A stretch of 64,000 nucleotides of DNA from Octopus sinensis (GCF_006345805.1 NC_043006.1:101060001-101124000), one strand, 5' to 3'; shown: positions 38,396 through 51,309, counted from the first letter of the stretch. Made by a program: numbers and translations. Notes: generated from the letters alone by a model not told the origin.

Positions 38396-39834
38396 TAATC
38401 AGACCAGTGGTGGTGATAATTCTTTCATTTATTTGCTACAAAGCACTTACATCATTGTATACATGAGTTTTACTAAAAGACATGGCATGAACAAGTAAAT
38501 TATATAAAAAAATAGATGATGCAGAGCAAAGATATTATATAATATATAAGCAGGAAAATATTAAATCGCATTAGGAATATAGAACAATTTCATGGAAATA
38601 GAAATTGAAGATTACACATAAACATAAAATTGTTAAAACAAAATATAATTTCATTTTTTATTTTTAGTTTGCCTAACTTAAGTCAGATTATCTAACATGC
38701 TTCCATCAATGTTCTGATGCACCATCCAAATGTACTCATTAATCTCTTTTGAGTTGGCACATGTGGAAATTCCCACATGCATGAGTTATGCATCTTTCAG
38801 GTAGTAATAACAAGTTAGTGATCTCTTTATCTATAGTCCATGATCCATGTGTCTATATTCATTCTCTTTTACGAAGCTGTCTTGAGAGAAAATTCACTGA
38901 AACAAAAATGCAACTTATATCAGTATATCCTGCCAACATTACTGTCAACTACATAACTTTTAACCCCACGAGGGTACCCCAAGGTGGGGATCACCTTAAT
39001 CTTTTTAGTCACTTTCAGTTGGTTTCACTTTTTCCTTCCATACCTTTTTTGTTTTACTTCTAAGGATTTCAGTAGCAGTTTGTAGCTTCTTATTCTTCTA
39101 CCCTCTCCTGCTCACCACATGTCAATAGAGTGATGGTGGTGCTGAAAGCTGAAGTAGGAATAGGCAAGGCCTTGGTTGTCAGTTTTGGTTCTGGAATCAA
39201 CAATAGAGGATTTTCCAGCCAGCCACAAAGCTACAATCAGTGACATAACTGGTGGTGCTCTTTAGATCACAACTTCTATTGCTTGCATTAGCTACTCTTC
39301 TACTGTTTTATCTTTAGAGATCCTCAAGGCAGAAGGCCCTCAAGTGGATTTTTCTGCCAAAAGCTTAACAACTAGGATCTATGTCCTGCATCACCAGTTT
39401 TGTTACCTTTCACTCAACTTGCGCAATGGAACATATCTTTGGAATGGCTTTTCAGTCATGGGGATATCATAAATATTTGCAAATTCATACTCATACCAAC
39501 CACCAAATACTTTTTCTTGCAACTCATGCATTTATCATCTGCTCATATTGCACTACAAAAGCCACAATGAGCCAAAATTTAATGTCATTTCCAATTCTTC
39601 TGAGTATATTACATTGCCCCAGTATGATAGCACAAGCTTATGAATGGCTTTTTTGTACAGAATCTCTGCTTGTTTCTGAGATGCACCTTTGATCTTTAAG
39701 GTCTGGTAGATGATGCTGAATATTTTGCTGCTTTCTGTAAACAAGATATTAATGTAGACACCTGCCAGAGCTTACTTTGTCTGGTCCCTCCAGGGCACAG
39801 GGTAAGTTAATCTTCATGTATAAAACTTATATAT

Positions 39835-40400
39835 AAAATGGGACAAGAACGCAAACTACACAAAGAGATGACACGAAAAAAAGACAGGTCATTCGAAGCC
39901 TCTAATCTTCAGTCAGGAACCGGATCATCTTAGCAATTTCGGATGATTAATCCTGATATCGCTCCGATCCGGCCAGCCCCAAGGAAAAACTAAGCTCTAA
40001 GCATTAGATTTCTTGGAAAAAGGATCGAATGTATATGAAACAAAGACAGAAAACCGGACGATGCCACACGAATATAAATACAAGAAACAAAAAATAAAAA
40101 TAAAAAACAAGAATAGTAATAACAGGACAGAGGGAGTCTTACGACTTCAGACAATTTAACTTATCTTGGCTGGCGTATTTTGAAAAAATGCCTTTGTGGC
40201 AGACGCCCCATTAGTTTTCTCCTTGGCCACTTCTGAATAAATTCTTTAGACAAGTGGGTCATGTCCTTATAGATATAACTTTCTCTTAGTTTTGAACTCT
40301 GCCGCTTCCATATTTAGTTTGAAAGCTGGAAACAATTTGGACTAAGCTGGCAAAACATTTATTGAAGTATTTCTCACTCAGACGATTGTATGTCTGTGCA
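39835..40400. mobile_element. Probable Penelope-like element remnant
   Basis: Resembles the other AT-rich PLE-type relics (AAGGAGAAAACTAATGGGGCGTCTGCCACAAAG on the minus strand); no clean ORF. Confidence 0.35.
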
Positions 40401-41192
40401 TAAGTGTCAGTGTTATTGCTGTTGTTGTTGTTGCTCCTGCTGCTGCTGCTGAGAAAGTTCTAAGAATCACTCAATAAACCATTTCTTTTTTTGTTTTCTT
40501 GAATATAAGGTATTTTCATTTCTACAAGCTTGTTTGTACCTTTTTTTTTCTCTGAACTTTGCATTTATAGAAGAAATGTCTGTTTTTTTCCATCCCCACT
40601 TTTTGGTTGATTTAATATCTTTGTGAAACCGATCAAACCAAAAAAGTCCAAAATGTTCAATTAGATTTTTTTTTTTTTGTTTACAAAAATGTATCGAGAG
40701 AGTGTTCCAACATGACCATAGCCACATGGCTGAAATGCATAAAAGAAATACAATTAAATGTAAAACATTTGCTTTGTAAAATGAGACTAGAGAACAAAAT
40801 GTGTAAAAAATATTAATCCAATTTCTGAGGAAAGTGTTAATATTCTTCAGTGCCAAGTTGAACAAAAAAAAAATGTGATGTTTAACAGAAGTTCTTATTT
40901 TCAAAATGGGAAGGGATTTAATTGACATAAAAACTCACTTGCCTCGTAAATGTCTTATGCATGTGAAAATATCAACCAGTTTTTGAAAATCCTTCTAAAA
41001 GTTTATTCACCTATATTCCAACACTGCAAGCAGAAATAAACATATTCATACTTGCTGAAAACAAATAGACAACAACGATACTGGTGAAGAGTTCTTTATA
41101 TCAGAGGGGTGCCAGGTAAAGGGGACATAACAAAAATAGGTTACAGTATGTGAGGCTTTGCGTGAAAAAACACTGAGGAGAAATGAGAAGAA

Positions 41193-41226
<34 letters not shown>

Positions 41227-41729
41227 GTATAAAATTAATATCCAATTTTTTACCCTCATTTAAATTTTAATTTTAAATTAATACGTTTTCAAACTGGCAA
41301 AGGTTACTGCAGTGAATTATTTTATGCAGTATTATTTCTGGTAATTTAGCGCGCCAAAACAAAGGCTTTTGAAAAATAACCACAACTGGAATAAGTAGAA
41401 CTGCATGCATTTTCGACCTCGTGTTGATGTCTGGCGTGTAGTTCTGCAAATTATATTTGTTTAGACGATCATACCGAAGATCTACAGATAAATTATGTAA
41501 GTAAAATTACGTAATTTGTTGATAGTGAAACATGTTTATGATTAATCTATATTTTTGTTACTTTTCATTTGTCTTGCTCGCTTACGTTTCTGGTGTTTGC
41601 TAAATTTTCTAGAGAACAATTCTTAGTGGCAAGGCCATAGCAGATCTTCTTCTAGCATAAGGGTTTCCACATAGTTGTAAATTCCCTCTTATATGTATGT
41701 AATACTATATATATATATATATATATATA

Positions 41730-42032
41730 GTGTGGAGGCGCAATGGCCCAGTGGTTAGGGCAGCGGACTCATGGTCATAGGATCCCGGTTTCGATTCCCA
41801 GAGTGTGAGTGTTTATTGAGCGAAAACACCTAAAAGCTCCACGAGGCTCCGGCAGGGGGTGGTGATCCCTGCTGTACTCTTCCACCACTCCTTCTCCGAC
41901 TGTTTCTTCTGTTGGCCTGCTCGCTTAGCCAGCAAGGTGGCATCATTCAAAGGCTAAAACAATGCGAACGCATTGTGACCAGTGATGTGTAACAACATCT
42001 GATGGTCTGGTCGGTCATGTGATCATGTGATA
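41730..42032 (+). mobile_element. SINE family C variant
   Basis: GTGGAGGCGCAATGGCCCAGTGGTTAGGGCAGCGGACTC head; tail GGTCTGGTCGGTCATGTGATCATGTGA. Confidence 0.88.
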
Positions 42033-43021
42033 TATATAGTATACAAAATACATAAATCCATGGATGGCACAGCCTTTCTATTATGGGAGACCTTCCAAAT
42101 AGAGCTAATCAAGGAACACCTCAGATCCAAGATCCCTCTGACTACCAAGAGCAGGTGCTCTCACCCACCTGTTGTTCTTAATCTACAAGAACATACTTAA
42201 ATTAGTTACATTCACCATAATTGTTTCCACGACTGTCACCCAACTTTTAACAAATTCATTAGAAGAGGGTTCTTCATCTTTCATCCTCACTTTCTTTTCT
42301 GAATGGAACTTGATAAACTAGCCTCATCCACCACACTACCTCTGTTGCGCAAATGAGTCACCAAACAATGGAAAACTGCCCGCAGAGCTCAATTAGGAAA
42401 GGGTAATGGGGAGGTGCTTACAATGAACTCAACAGATAGATGAGTTCATCCAACATGTGACAACAGTTATTTGAAATGCATCCATATGCAGCAATATTTG
42501 GGTGCATCCAATACAGTTTCATTGCCTTGCATGCATTTCAAAAGCTCTTGCTTGACAGCACTTCCATGCTTGATGAATTTGTCTCAAACTGGAAATTATC
42601 CATACTAATCACTGGTTCAAAAGTTCTCCAGCCAGTTTGACCGCAGTGATGTCTAGAGTTTTCCCTTGGATACCATAGCACTTCCCAACCACCAGTTTTC
42701 TACATACTGTTCAAGTGAAAATTCCACCAATCGTGGTGTACTTCTCAAAGAGGGCAATAAGTGCCTGGCAACATTTTAAATGCCAGACATCTAATTTTAA
42801 TTTTTTCTTGACCCAAGATTGCAGCTTTGTGAAAGAGACAAGCTTTACAAATAGAGACCACCCCAACTCACCATCCAGGAACCTAGCCTTTTCTCAGTTT
42901 TATCCACCAAGAAATCAAGTCCAATGACTGAGTCCTCAGAAACAACCATCCCACATTGGCATTTCTCCCCAGGGATAAGTTTCAAGCCCAACAACTTGTC
43001 TTCTTTGAGACATACTTTGTA

Positions 43022-43886
43022 CAAGGAGCACCCAAAAGAAACCAGAATTTTACAGTATTATTCTATTCACTTATTTTTACATGGTTACACATTTATTGCC
43101 TTAGACTTTTATCGTCTGCATGTCCACTATTTGAAGCAGTGATGGAAATCTTATGAAGTGATGCCTTTTAACACCTCCGTCATATTTTTCTTCACCTTTT
43201 TTACATCTGCAAATTCCATAGAACCAGCTTTCATTACCAGTGTTGACCTTAAAAAATAGGTCCAGATCAACTTCCAACTGTTCTTTCAGTTCACAACACA
43301 CATTCAGTTGTGACTACTTTTGATCTTCCGTGAGCAAGCAAGGCACAAATTTTGCTGCAACTCTTTTCATTTACAATTCTTCGCTCAAAATTTGTTGGCA
43401 AGAGCTCCAGAACGCCAAGTTCATCAATTGTTTGGTGATGGTACTCCAAGATCAGTTTATGAATTTACCTGACGTTTTCATTCATTCAGGAGGTCGACGG
43501 TCATCCTGAATGAGGTTGGTCCTCAAGCAACAAGGGGCCATTCCTAAAGCATGGAAACGACTCGTAAACTTGAGTTTTGCTCATGGCAGCATCCTTGTAA
43601 GCTGCTTGAAGCATGGCAACTGTTTTGGCCACCATTTTCCCCAACAGAAAACAGAAGTTCACAAAAGCACACTGCTCTTTCATTTCAGCCATCACAAAAA
43701 CCAACAAACAGAGGGGAAGCACTGCTAACAAAGAAGCACCACGTGGCAGTATGACTGTACCCAATGCCACTGGTGGGCAGACTGATGCCTGAGGATCACA
43801 TCAAGTGGCATCTAGCAGTGGAAGCCTGAACTACAATGGGTTTGTCCAACAAAGAACATTTCCAGTTACTTTTGGGTACCCCCTCG
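43022..43886 (-). mobile_element. Internally deleted mariner with TIRs
   Basis: TA|CAAGGAGCACCCAAAAGAAACCAG ... CCAGTTACTTTTGGGTACCCCCTCG|TA; ORF 43501..43770 has KEQCAFVNFCFLLGK..AYKDAAMSKTQVYE..EDQPHSG. Confidence 0.8.
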
Positions 43887-43893
43887 TATACCT

Positions 43894-44110
43894 ATTTCTT
43901 TACTACCCACAAGGGGCTAAACACAGAGAGGACAAAGAAGGACAGACAAACGGATTAAGTCGATTACATCGACCCCAGTGCCTTAATTTATCGACCCCGG
44001 AAGGATGAAAGGCAAAGTCGACCTCGGCAGAATTTGAACTCAGAACGTAATGGCAGATAAAATACGGCTACGCATTTCGCCCGGTGTGCTAACGTTTCTG
44101 CCAGCTCGCC
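43894..44110 (-). mobile_element. SINE family B with 13-15-bp TSD that duplicates the mariner TIR end
   Basis: CCCCTCGTATACCT at 43880-43893 and 44110-44123. Confidence 0.9.
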
Positions 44111-44247
44111 CCCTCGTATACCTCCTAGTACTTCACAAGAATAGCCTCAGTCACTATAATTTCCTGTTTGATACCATAATGGTGACATCTTTCACGTATG
44201 TAAACACTGCTTTCATACATCCCAGTTTTAGTAAGATGCACATCGTG

Positions 44248-44570
44248 AGGGCGCGTGGCTTGGTGGTTAGGGCATTCGGCTCATGATCGTAAGGTTGTGA
44301 GTTCAATTCCCGGCGACGCGTTGTGTCCTTGAGCAAGACACTTTATTTCACGTTGCTCCAGTCCACTCAGCTGGCAAAAATGAGTTGTACTTGTATTTCA
44401 AAGGGTCAGCCTTGTCACTCTCTGTGTCACGCTGATTATCCCCGAGAACTACGTTAAGGGTACACGTGTCTGTGGAATGCTCAGCCATTTGCACGTTAAT
44501 TTCACGAGCAAGCTGTTCCGTTGATCGTATCAGCTGGGACCCTCGTCGTCGTAACCGGCGGAGTCTTTAA
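44248..44570 (+). mobile_element. tRNA-derived SINE with a family D-like head and family C-like tail
   Basis: Head GGCGCGTGGCTTGGTGGTTAGGGCATTCGGC; tail CTTGTCACTCTCTGTGTCACGCTG...GTCGTCGTAACCG shared with 57110-57297. Confidence 0.8.
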
Positions 44571-44999
44571 GGATGCACATCACCATCTCCACCCTCTGTA
44601 GCAAAGCTTCTGATCACCATGCATTGCATCCTTGCATTTATTGCTTATCTCTTGTTTGCCATACATTCTTCTATCTGTATCTTTATTGGTTCTCTACAGT
44701 TCTCCATACATTGCATTCTTTAGCTCATCTCTATTGTTCATATCTCAATCGCTCACTCCTTTTTGCCATCCTCATTGTCCTATGCCTTTCTTACTCCCTA
44801 AAAGATAAAAGAAAGCAGTGACAATAACAACAACAAAAATAATAACAGTTTCTAAATAAGTAATCAAATTACTCTGTTTACTTGGCTAATTAATTACCCC
44901 ATTTCTAACATCCATGAGAAAAGTTTCAACATTGACTCCTTTCAACTGGTCGTGAAGCCAGACTTTATACATAATGATTTGTAGCCAATAGAATTAACT

Positions 45000-45415
45000 C
45001 CTACTCTTTTTACTCTTTTACTTGTTTCAGTCATTTGACTGCGGCCATGCTGGAGCACCGCCTTTAGTCGAGCAAATCGACCCCGGGACTTATTCTTTGT
45101 AAGCCCAGTACTTATTCTATCGGTCTCTATTGCCGAACCGCTAAGTGACGGGGATGTAAACACACCAGCATCGGTTGTCAAGCAATTCTAGAGGGACAAA
45201 CACAGACACACAAACATATACATACACATACATACATACATATATATACATATATACGACAGGCTTCTTTCAGTTTCCGTCTACCAAATCCACTCACAAG
45301 GCATTGGTTGGCCCGAGGCTATAGCAGAAGACACTTGCCCAAGATGCCACGCAGTGGGACTGAACCCAGAACCATGTGGTTGGTAGGCAAGCTACTTACC
45401 ACACAGCCACTCCTG
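45000..45415 (-). mobile_element. SINE family A, full length
   Basis: Near-identical to 30355-30765. Confidence 0.9.
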
Positions 45416-46220
45416 TATATTACTGCTCCATTTTCTATTGAACCAATAAAATAAAAACAAAAAGAAACATAGTTAAAGCCAGCAGGGTTTAACCCTTTCG
45501 CATTTAAACCGGCCATATCTGGCCAAAAGTATTCTGCCTGTTTTATGTTCGAACTGGCCAGATCTGGCCTCTCACACCAACCCTACAATGTCATTTTAAA
45601 AATTAACAGCTACCTCATCAAAATCTCACAGCTACAAGATAATGCATGATTAGTTCAAAACAAAGTGGATAAAAAAGGATTAATTTTGGCAGAATAATGC
45701 GAACACTAAAGGGTTTAAACTCATAAAAGAAAAGGAATAACTGTTAACACTGGGAGACATTCAGTAAGGAAGCCTAGGGTTTGTGATGACTCAGGATTCT
45801 GAAACATTACAATGTTACTTGCAACCAAGTTTTCCTATTTGCTGTTTGATTCAAAAGAGAATTTATCTTGCATGTATAATTAATTATTGCTATAAATTAC
45901 TGAAGGTCTTTGAAGAAACCCTCAACACAGAGTTGTAGAACTGATCTCACAGAACAGGGATGAGAAGTTAACAAACTTTGTAACAAGTTACTTTGGAAAC
46001 ATTGATTTTTTACACTTACATAATCACATATGCACAAGAAATACATGCAAATACATACATGCATGCACTCACACACACACACACACACACACACAAAGCA
46101 ATATTTGGTTTTATAAATAAAGGAAACAGAACACATCATGTAGTGTGCAGGTTACATAATCTTCTATTATATAAAATTGCCACTCCTTTAACACTCTCAC
46201 CTTATAACAACTAATATATA

Positions 46221-47130
46221 TGTATGGCTAAAAGCAAACCAATGTACTTGGCTTTCATTGACCTAGAGAAAGCTTTTGACTGAGACCCTTGTTGTGTCAT
46301 CTGGTGGTCTCTAAGGAAGTTAGGAGTAGATGAGTAGCTTGTTAGAGCTGTACAAGCCATGTATGACAGTACTGACAGCAGAGTGAAAGTTGGCCTTGAG
46401 TACAGTGATGAAGTAGTGCACAAGTAGGGGTTGACTGGGGATCAGTTCTCAGTTCCCTTTTATTCATCATAGTCCTCCAGGCAATGACAGAGGAATTTAA
46501 AACTCCTTGTCCATGGGAACTACTATATACTGATGACCTTGCTTGTATAGCAGAGTCTGTAATGGAATTGGAGAAGAAATTCCAGGTATGGAATCAAAGG
46601 GCCTTAAAGTAAATCTTGCAAAAACCAAAGTTGTTGTTAGCAAGAGAGCAGATAAGACTCTCTTTCTGTCAAGTAAATACCCTGTTCAATATGTAGGAAA
46701 GGTGTTGGAAGAAATTTATTTGTTGCACCCAGTGCAAGCTGTTGAAACATAAGACGTACAGTGGAATCACAAATAGGTTAACAAAGAAGTTGTCTTTGTA
46801 TGTGGCAGATGAACAAGAATAATAAGCACAAAGAACACACAAGAATAAGACTCTCTCAAATGCCCAGGAGGCTCCCTTGAAGTTTTATATAATTTCTGTT
46901 ACCTAGGTTTATCGAATTATCGAATACTTCTGAAAGTATTGTTGCTAGAATAAGAATGGGATGGACGAAGTTCAAAGAGCTATTACCTTTATGAGAAACA
47001 AAAGAATTCTCTCTCAGAGCGAAAGGCAAATTGTATGATGCTTGTGTACAAATGGGTATATTCCATGGTAGTGAGATGTGGGACCTGGATGCAGAAAACG
47101 TGCATAGACGGTCCAACTTAATGAAATGAC
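46221..47130 (+). mobile_element. Decayed RTE RT fragment, same family as 21129-22643
   Basis: YMAKSKPMYLAFIDLEKAFD, ELLYTDDL, GLKVNLAKTK, CTQCKL, LPL..K.FSLRAKGKLYDACV. Confidence 0.8.
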
Positions 47131-47557
47131 CAGAAGAAAGAGGCTGAATGAAAGGGAGATAATAACAGTGATCTGGCTGAACTAGGGTGCACAAGCATAT
47201 GTGAATGTATGTGTGGGTCCACTTAGAATTATGTGGGCTTGTGTGTGTGTATCTGTGTGTGTGTGTGTTTGTGTGTGTGTGCATATAAATGTGTGTATAT
47301 GTGTGTGAGGCTACCATGTGTGTGTGTGTGCATATATATATATATATATATACTCAAAATAAGCAACAAGGATATCCAAGGTAGTGTAGTACAATCGTTT
47401 CATGCTACTTCATTTTATTAAACACTGTAAGTATTACATCAGTTTTAAAATGTCGAGCAATCTTCAGCCACATATAGAATTTTTTAATTAAATGGACAAT
47501 GCACATTTTTATACCTATTTCATTTGCCAACATTACAAAGAGGGCAGATATATAGAC

Positions 47558-47682
47558 AGAGAGGTTAATTTCATCATTAAGAACATGATGGTAGAAGGTC
47601 CTTCTCCATCTGTAGATTTTTTATCTACAGATGGAGTAGGACATACTACCACCATGTTCTTAATTATGAAATTAACCTCTCT
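47558..47682. other. 125-nt near-perfect hairpin (59-bp arms, 5 mismatches, 7-nt loop)
   Basis: AGAGAGGTTAATTTCAT...CATCTGTAGA-tttttta-TCTACAGATG...ATGAAATTAACCTCTCT. Confidence 0.9.
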
Positions 47683-47787
47683 TTTACATGTCACCAACAC
47701 GGACGCCAGTCAGGCGGTGCTGGCATCTGCCACATTCAGGCGATGCTTTTTATGTGTCACCAGCACGAGTATCTTAACTACAATTTC

Positions 47788-47821
<34 letters not shown>

Positions 47822-47825
<4 letters not shown>

Positions 47826-49290
47826 GTCCTGCATTATGATGAAGTATTTTGTCATTTCTGCGGGATTGGCCCAAACAGCATTACTGACTGTCAGTCCACT
47901 ATTTATTAGTAGTGGACCAGCCCACTTCTCACCTGGGGGTGTCCACCACAACACCTTCCCGCTTTGAGATTTTTTTTTCATATTCGATTTCTTTTTCTTC
48001 TACACAGAATTATTTTTCATTCAAATAAGTTCCAGTTTTGCTATTTCTTCAAGTCAATGCTGTATTTCACTTTCCTACAAATCCTTCACACATACTTATT
48101 TTCTCTTATTTTTCCTTGTTCCACACAGAATTATATTTATTATTTCTTCACAGCATATATATATATATATTTTTTTTTTTTTTCTCTTTCAACACAACAT
48201 TATTTTTTTTTCTTCATTTCTTTTTCTTCTAACCAGAATTATTTTTCTCTTATTTAGATTTTTTTCTTATTCCACAAAGAAACTTTTTTTTTTCAAAAAA
48301 TTGCACAGCATTATTATATGTATATACTTTTCTTTTCCATGACTTATCCTTCCATCACACTTTTCTCGGCAGAAACTGGATTGGTTGCCTGCAAACTTTC
48401 ACTATCTTTTAAAGTTTTCACATTAAAACGATTCCTCTATGAAGCATTTTCAGCAGAAGGACCGTTTCCTGTAACAGAGGGCTCAGATTCTCTAATTTCA
48501 GAATTTTCTACAGTGTGTTCTTCACTAGTCCATCGACATTTCATCTGGTGTCTTTTCAAGGAGGACTTGTTTAGTGTCCTCAATCACAAAATGGCTTACG
48601 TTTTCTTTGTCCATTTTAACTTTCTTAGCAACTGGTTCGTTTTCAATTTCAACAGATATTATCTACTTACGTTTGAAATCTTCTAGCTTTAAATGAAACA
48701 TTAATTCTTTTTCATTTTTTTTTTCCTTCTAACCCTAATTATTTTTTGTTTCACACAGAATTATTAAATCCTTTGCACAGACTTATTATTATTATTATGA
48801 TTTTTTGTTCCACACAGAACCATAGTTTTTTTTTTCAAAATCTCGTTTTATAAATTTTTCACCATGTGTAGTTCAATTCTGCGTTAGTATTCTTTTTTTT
48901 CTTCAGAATCTTTTTTATACATTTTTCACAGTGTATGTATTACTTTCCACTGAGTGAAGTTCAATTTCTGTGTTAGAGTTCAAATCCTTCAAACTTTCTT
49001 TCGTTGTTCTTGAATGTAGGTTTTCCAGTTTGACACCCCTACAAGCATTCGCAACCTCATTTCCGTTGTTATAACAACACCGTCACACAGTGGCAGGTAT
49101 CCTCGTTGCCACTGTTGTTTCCCGATACTACATATCGGTGGCTGTGTGAGCTACAAATCCTCATTGCCACTGTTATGTCCCACATTATGACAACATATTT
49201 TATCATCTCTGCAGGACAGGCCAAAACAGTGTACCATGCTGACTGACATTACTCACTGTGTCAGTTCACTATTTATTAGTAGTGGACTGC
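47822..49290. other. Unclassified ~1.4-kb unit with diverged ~100-bp terminal direct repeats that end in a stem-loop
   Basis: TTATGTCC..CATTATGA..TATTTT..TCAT.TCTGC.GGA..GGCC.AAACAG..GTCCACTA-TTTATTAG-TAGTGGAC at 47822-47917 and 49163-49287. Confidence 0.6.
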
Positions 49291-49575
49291 CACAACATAT
49301 ATATATATATATATTGCCAGTGAGGTCTGCTTCAGCATTTTGGCATGGTTTCTACAGCTGGATGTCCTTTCAAATATCAACCTTTTTACAGGGTTAAGCT
49401 GATGCATCTTACATTGCACCAATACTGGCAAGGTCCCTAGGTAAGTTACAAGACAAAACTCCTTTGAGTGAGGTGGTGGTTTTGAAGGAGGGGGCTGTGT
49501 GCCAGGTAAGGAAAGGTTAGAGTATGACAGAGGGACAGAAACAGTTGTGTTGCTGTAGAGAGATACATGGTTACC

Positions 49576-49805
49576 TATTTCTTTACTACCCACAAGGGGC
49601 TAAACACAGAGAGGACAAACAAGGACAGACAAATGGATTAAGTCGATTATATCGACCTCAGTGCATAACTGGTACTTATTTAATCGACCCCAAAAGGATG
49701 AAAGGCAAAGTTGACCTCAGCGGAATTTGAACTCAGAACATAACAGCAGCTGAAATACCGCTAAGCATTTCGCCTGGCGTGCTAATGACTCTGCCAGCTC
49801 ACTGC
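49576..49805 (-). mobile_element. SINE family B with 20-bp TSD
   Basis: TAGAGAGATACATGGTTACC at 49556-49575 and 49815-49834. Confidence 0.9.
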
Positions 49806-49890
49806 CCTGATACATAGAGAGATACATGGTTACCATTGTCAGAAGGAGAGAGTGTGAGAAAGAGAGAGAGAGGGAGAGAGAGAGAGAGAT

Positions 49891-49928
<38 letters not shown>

Positions 49929-50085
49929 CAAGGGAGAGAAAGTGAGAATGTGAGAGAGCCAGTGTGAGTGAGAGCAAGAGTAAGAGAGAGAGAGTGAGAA
50001 AATGTGAAAGAAATGATGGAAATGTGCCAGGGCATACACTCGGAGTATGAGGATGTGAATGTAAATGGAGTGAGAGAGGACTGCC

Positions 50086-51289
50086 CGGGGTGTATGTGAG
50101 TAATTTCAGGCTTTAATAACTATCAATAAATGTGATAAGATACGAAAATTATACAACATTATAAAAGCTTAGTGAGTCTTCTTTTTGTTTCAGACTAAAT
50201 AAATTCAGATTTATAAATTAGATAATGGCTATAGACAGAAATACAACCATAACCCTATACAAAGGAGGTGAAAGTAATACAGCTATAGTAAGAAAGCTTA
50301 AAATTAACCAAACAGTAGTCTGGGAAATTGTCAGGAAATTTCAAGGGAGTGGTTCCATCACTGATCGGCCTGGACTGGCTGAAAAAGAAGCGTGCACACC
50401 CCTCAGCTTATCAAAAGTATCAGAGAAAAGATACAGTGAACTCTTTGTCGTTCCATCAGAAAACTGGCTGCCACAGTAAAAGTAAGCTAAGCATCGATGT
50501 ATTGAGTGCTGAAGGAGGATCTCAGGACCCATCTCTACAAGATGGTTTACTGTCATGAGCCACACATAAGTTTATAAGGCCATGAGACTGGAGAGAAATC
50601 CTCTTATACTGCGTCAGATTGCTGAAGGTACACTGCCCAACCCGTTGAAAAGAAATTTGACATTGAACAGACAGTAAGCCACCAGAATGACCGACTTTGG
50701 AGTTTATCTGGCCCTGCCAAGGGTAGACTCATAAATCGACATCAAAATCCACAAACAGTTATGGTTTGGGTATATGTGACAGCCACTTGAAGGTCTCCCC
50801 TCACTTTTATGTCCTCAGGTGTTAAAATTAACACCCAGTAATACATTAGCAACATTTTGGAAGCTGAACTGATTCCATGGGTGAATGAGCACTTTCAAGG
50901 CGCACTTTGGAGCCTCTAAAGGGACTTGACACCTTCCCACAGTTCCAAACAGACACAACACTGGATTCAGAAAAACATTCTGTCATTCACAGGAAAGGAT
51001 GTATGGCCCTTAAGAAGCCCCAATCTCAACTCATTGGATTTTTCTGTTTGTCCATTTTGGAAACGAAGGTCTCCAGCACTCTTCGTGCTTTGCTCAATGC
51101 TCTGAAGGCAAAACTGTGCCAGGAATGGGCTTTGATTCTGGAAGAATATCTGTGATTTGAAACAGAGGTGGTCACACTGAATAAATGTGGTAGTGTCGTA
51201 ATTGTGTTTCCTTTACCCTTGGAAATATAACAATATTAAGCTCTGGTAAAAGTGAAAAAGGTTGGTTGCCTTAATTTTGGGACACCTTG
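50086..51289 (+). mobile_element. Decayed maT/Tc1-like transposon
   Basis: HTH-like ORF 50225..50479; QNDRLW, VMVW, GVKIN..Y..ILE..LIPW, WPLRSPNLNSLDF; 3' TIR GGGACACCTTG|TA; 5' TIR weak. Confidence 0.75.
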
Positions 51290-51309
51290 TATATATATAT
51301 ATATATATA

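Noticed and set aside
39060-39760. Coding-like sequence on the minus strand
   Set aside because: Multiple stops in every frame I tried and no assignable family motif
39885-39930. CTGAAGA...CGAA on the minus strand as a hammerhead
   Set aside because: No pairing helix II and the GAAA is incomplete
36440-47130. Idea that the RTE pieces at 36.4-37.1 kb and 46.2-47.1 kb are one element split by a 9-kb insertion
   Set aside because: They overlap by about 20 codons (both include the LAF.D..K.FD region) with different sequence, so they are separate copies
48318-48686. 122-aa plus-strand ORF as a host gene
   Set aside because: No recognisable motif; composition suggests it is the antisense of decayed minus-strand coding-like sequence within the direct-repeat unit
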